Source: Anolis carolinensis (taxonomy: Eukaryota). From it: 64,000 bases of DNA. Of this stretch, positions 62,810-64,000 are shown one piece after another. Within the stretch, counting starts at the first letter, position 1. Every line of letters starts with the position of its first letter. Location of the stretch: the NCBI RefSeq assembly GCF_035594765.1, contig NC_085841.1, forward strand, positions 242,130,689 to 242,194,688, in the 5' to 3' direction. A program made the translations under genes and the position numbers. A model generated the notes under the pieces. That model was not told the DNA's origin, searched no databases, and saw nothing but the letters and a program-made list of their open reading frames with translations.

Positions 62810-64000
62810 CTAGGCAAGGAAAGAGATGGGATTAGTTGCCTAATTGTATTTAGTCATACCTTCTAATGCTGAATTTTGGGACAGGGGCATATGAACAGCT
62901 TTGTTCTCAAAAATGAAAGCAATGACTAACAAGAAAGGATTAGATGCAGGCTCAGGGGAACCTAGCATTTTTTAAAAATATACAACAATTAACTAAAATG
63001 GGAATAAATAGCAGAAGGAGGGGAACGGTAGAGATGAAAATGGTCTGTCAGAACCAAGACACCTATAGAGGTTGGGGGTACCAGCACACATTCATTTAAA
63101 TATAAATAAATTATACCGGGCTTTTAATATCCCACATTTGGACATTTCTTAGTATTAGTATGGAAAAGATAAGAGGAGCCATATTGAATCACAATACTGG
63201 GCTAGACATTTCTTTGTGTTGATCCAGTATAGCTTTATTTAGTCAGAGCTGTTCAAGTCATATCATATTCATGAGCAATTGTTCTCATGTCCTACTTGTG
63301 GGCTTCTAGTTCAGAATACTGGACTAAATAAAGCTTAGGCATGGCTTCATAAACATAATTTATGGCAGTATAAGAGCACAGCATGCATACATTCACAGCA
63401 TACACGTGTTAGCTGGATAATCAATCAATTCTAAGTGGCTTCATCCCTAGTTTGTGGCAAACTTGGCTCTGGTTTTAATTTCTCCAAATGGTAAGTCAAC
63501 TATTAGCTATGCCTCTTTCCCTCCTGAGAGGTATCAAAGCACAAAAACAACTCAGAAACACAGAGCAAGGATGGGGAAAGTGATGTTGCCGGATTCTAAC
63601 TTCTATCATTTCCATCCACTGGACATGCTGACTGTGATTGAGGATTTTCTTCCAATGATATCTGGAGATTTACAAACTCCATACATCTATTCTTGAAAGA
63701 CCATAGTCACGTGGTACAGAGTAGCAATGTTCTGCAAGTTTATAGTCCTATATTTGATCCCAAAATTTCAAATTAAATTAAGAGCCAGGAAACCTTTTGG
63801 TCCCTCAGATATTTTGTACAGATTGAGTTTCTTTCCTCTGGAAATCTGAAATTCAAAGTGCTCCAAAATCCACATGGAGGGCTGGGATAGTCAACACTTT
63901 TGTTTTCTTCAGTGAACACAAACTTTGTTTCATGCACAAAAATATTAAAATATTATATATAAAATTCCGTTCAGGTTCAGGTTATTTGCATGAAATGTAT

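Noticed and set aside
62810-64000. RUFY4 first coding exon
   Set aside because: No ATG-to-phase-1 donor segment resembling the expected N-terminus was found; it probably lies beyond the window.

Overview
Vertebrate genomic DNA, by repeat content a squamate and most likely an Anolis-type lizard (inference from Sauria SINE, Penelope, Helitron, hAT and pogo/Mariner MITE sequences). Host genes: two tandem, same-strand, single-coding-exon CXCR1/CXCR2-type interleukin-8 receptor genes (15189-16268 and 25068-26147, 359 aa each) and, convergent with them on the minus strand, ten coding exons of RUFY4 (RUN domain, long coiled coil, FYVE-like finger; first coding exon lies beyond the window). The rest is densely nested transposable elements. 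The most notable object is a 748-bp pogo-type non-autonomous transposon (12789-13536; 27-bp TIRs, TA target duplication) carrying the first 105 codons of the host gene MAGI3 joined to a 30-codon remnant of pogo transposase, i.e. a Pack-type gene-capturing element, about 1.65 kb upstream of the first receptor ORF. Other items: a hAT element with CpG-island-like cargo, a Penelope-derived 181-bp hairpin with two opposed minimal hammerhead ribozymes next to a RUFY4 exon, a Helitron with an apparent 12-bp target duplication, and telomeric repeats inside a BovB/RTE fragment. All family assignments are from recalled sequence motifs; no searches were run.
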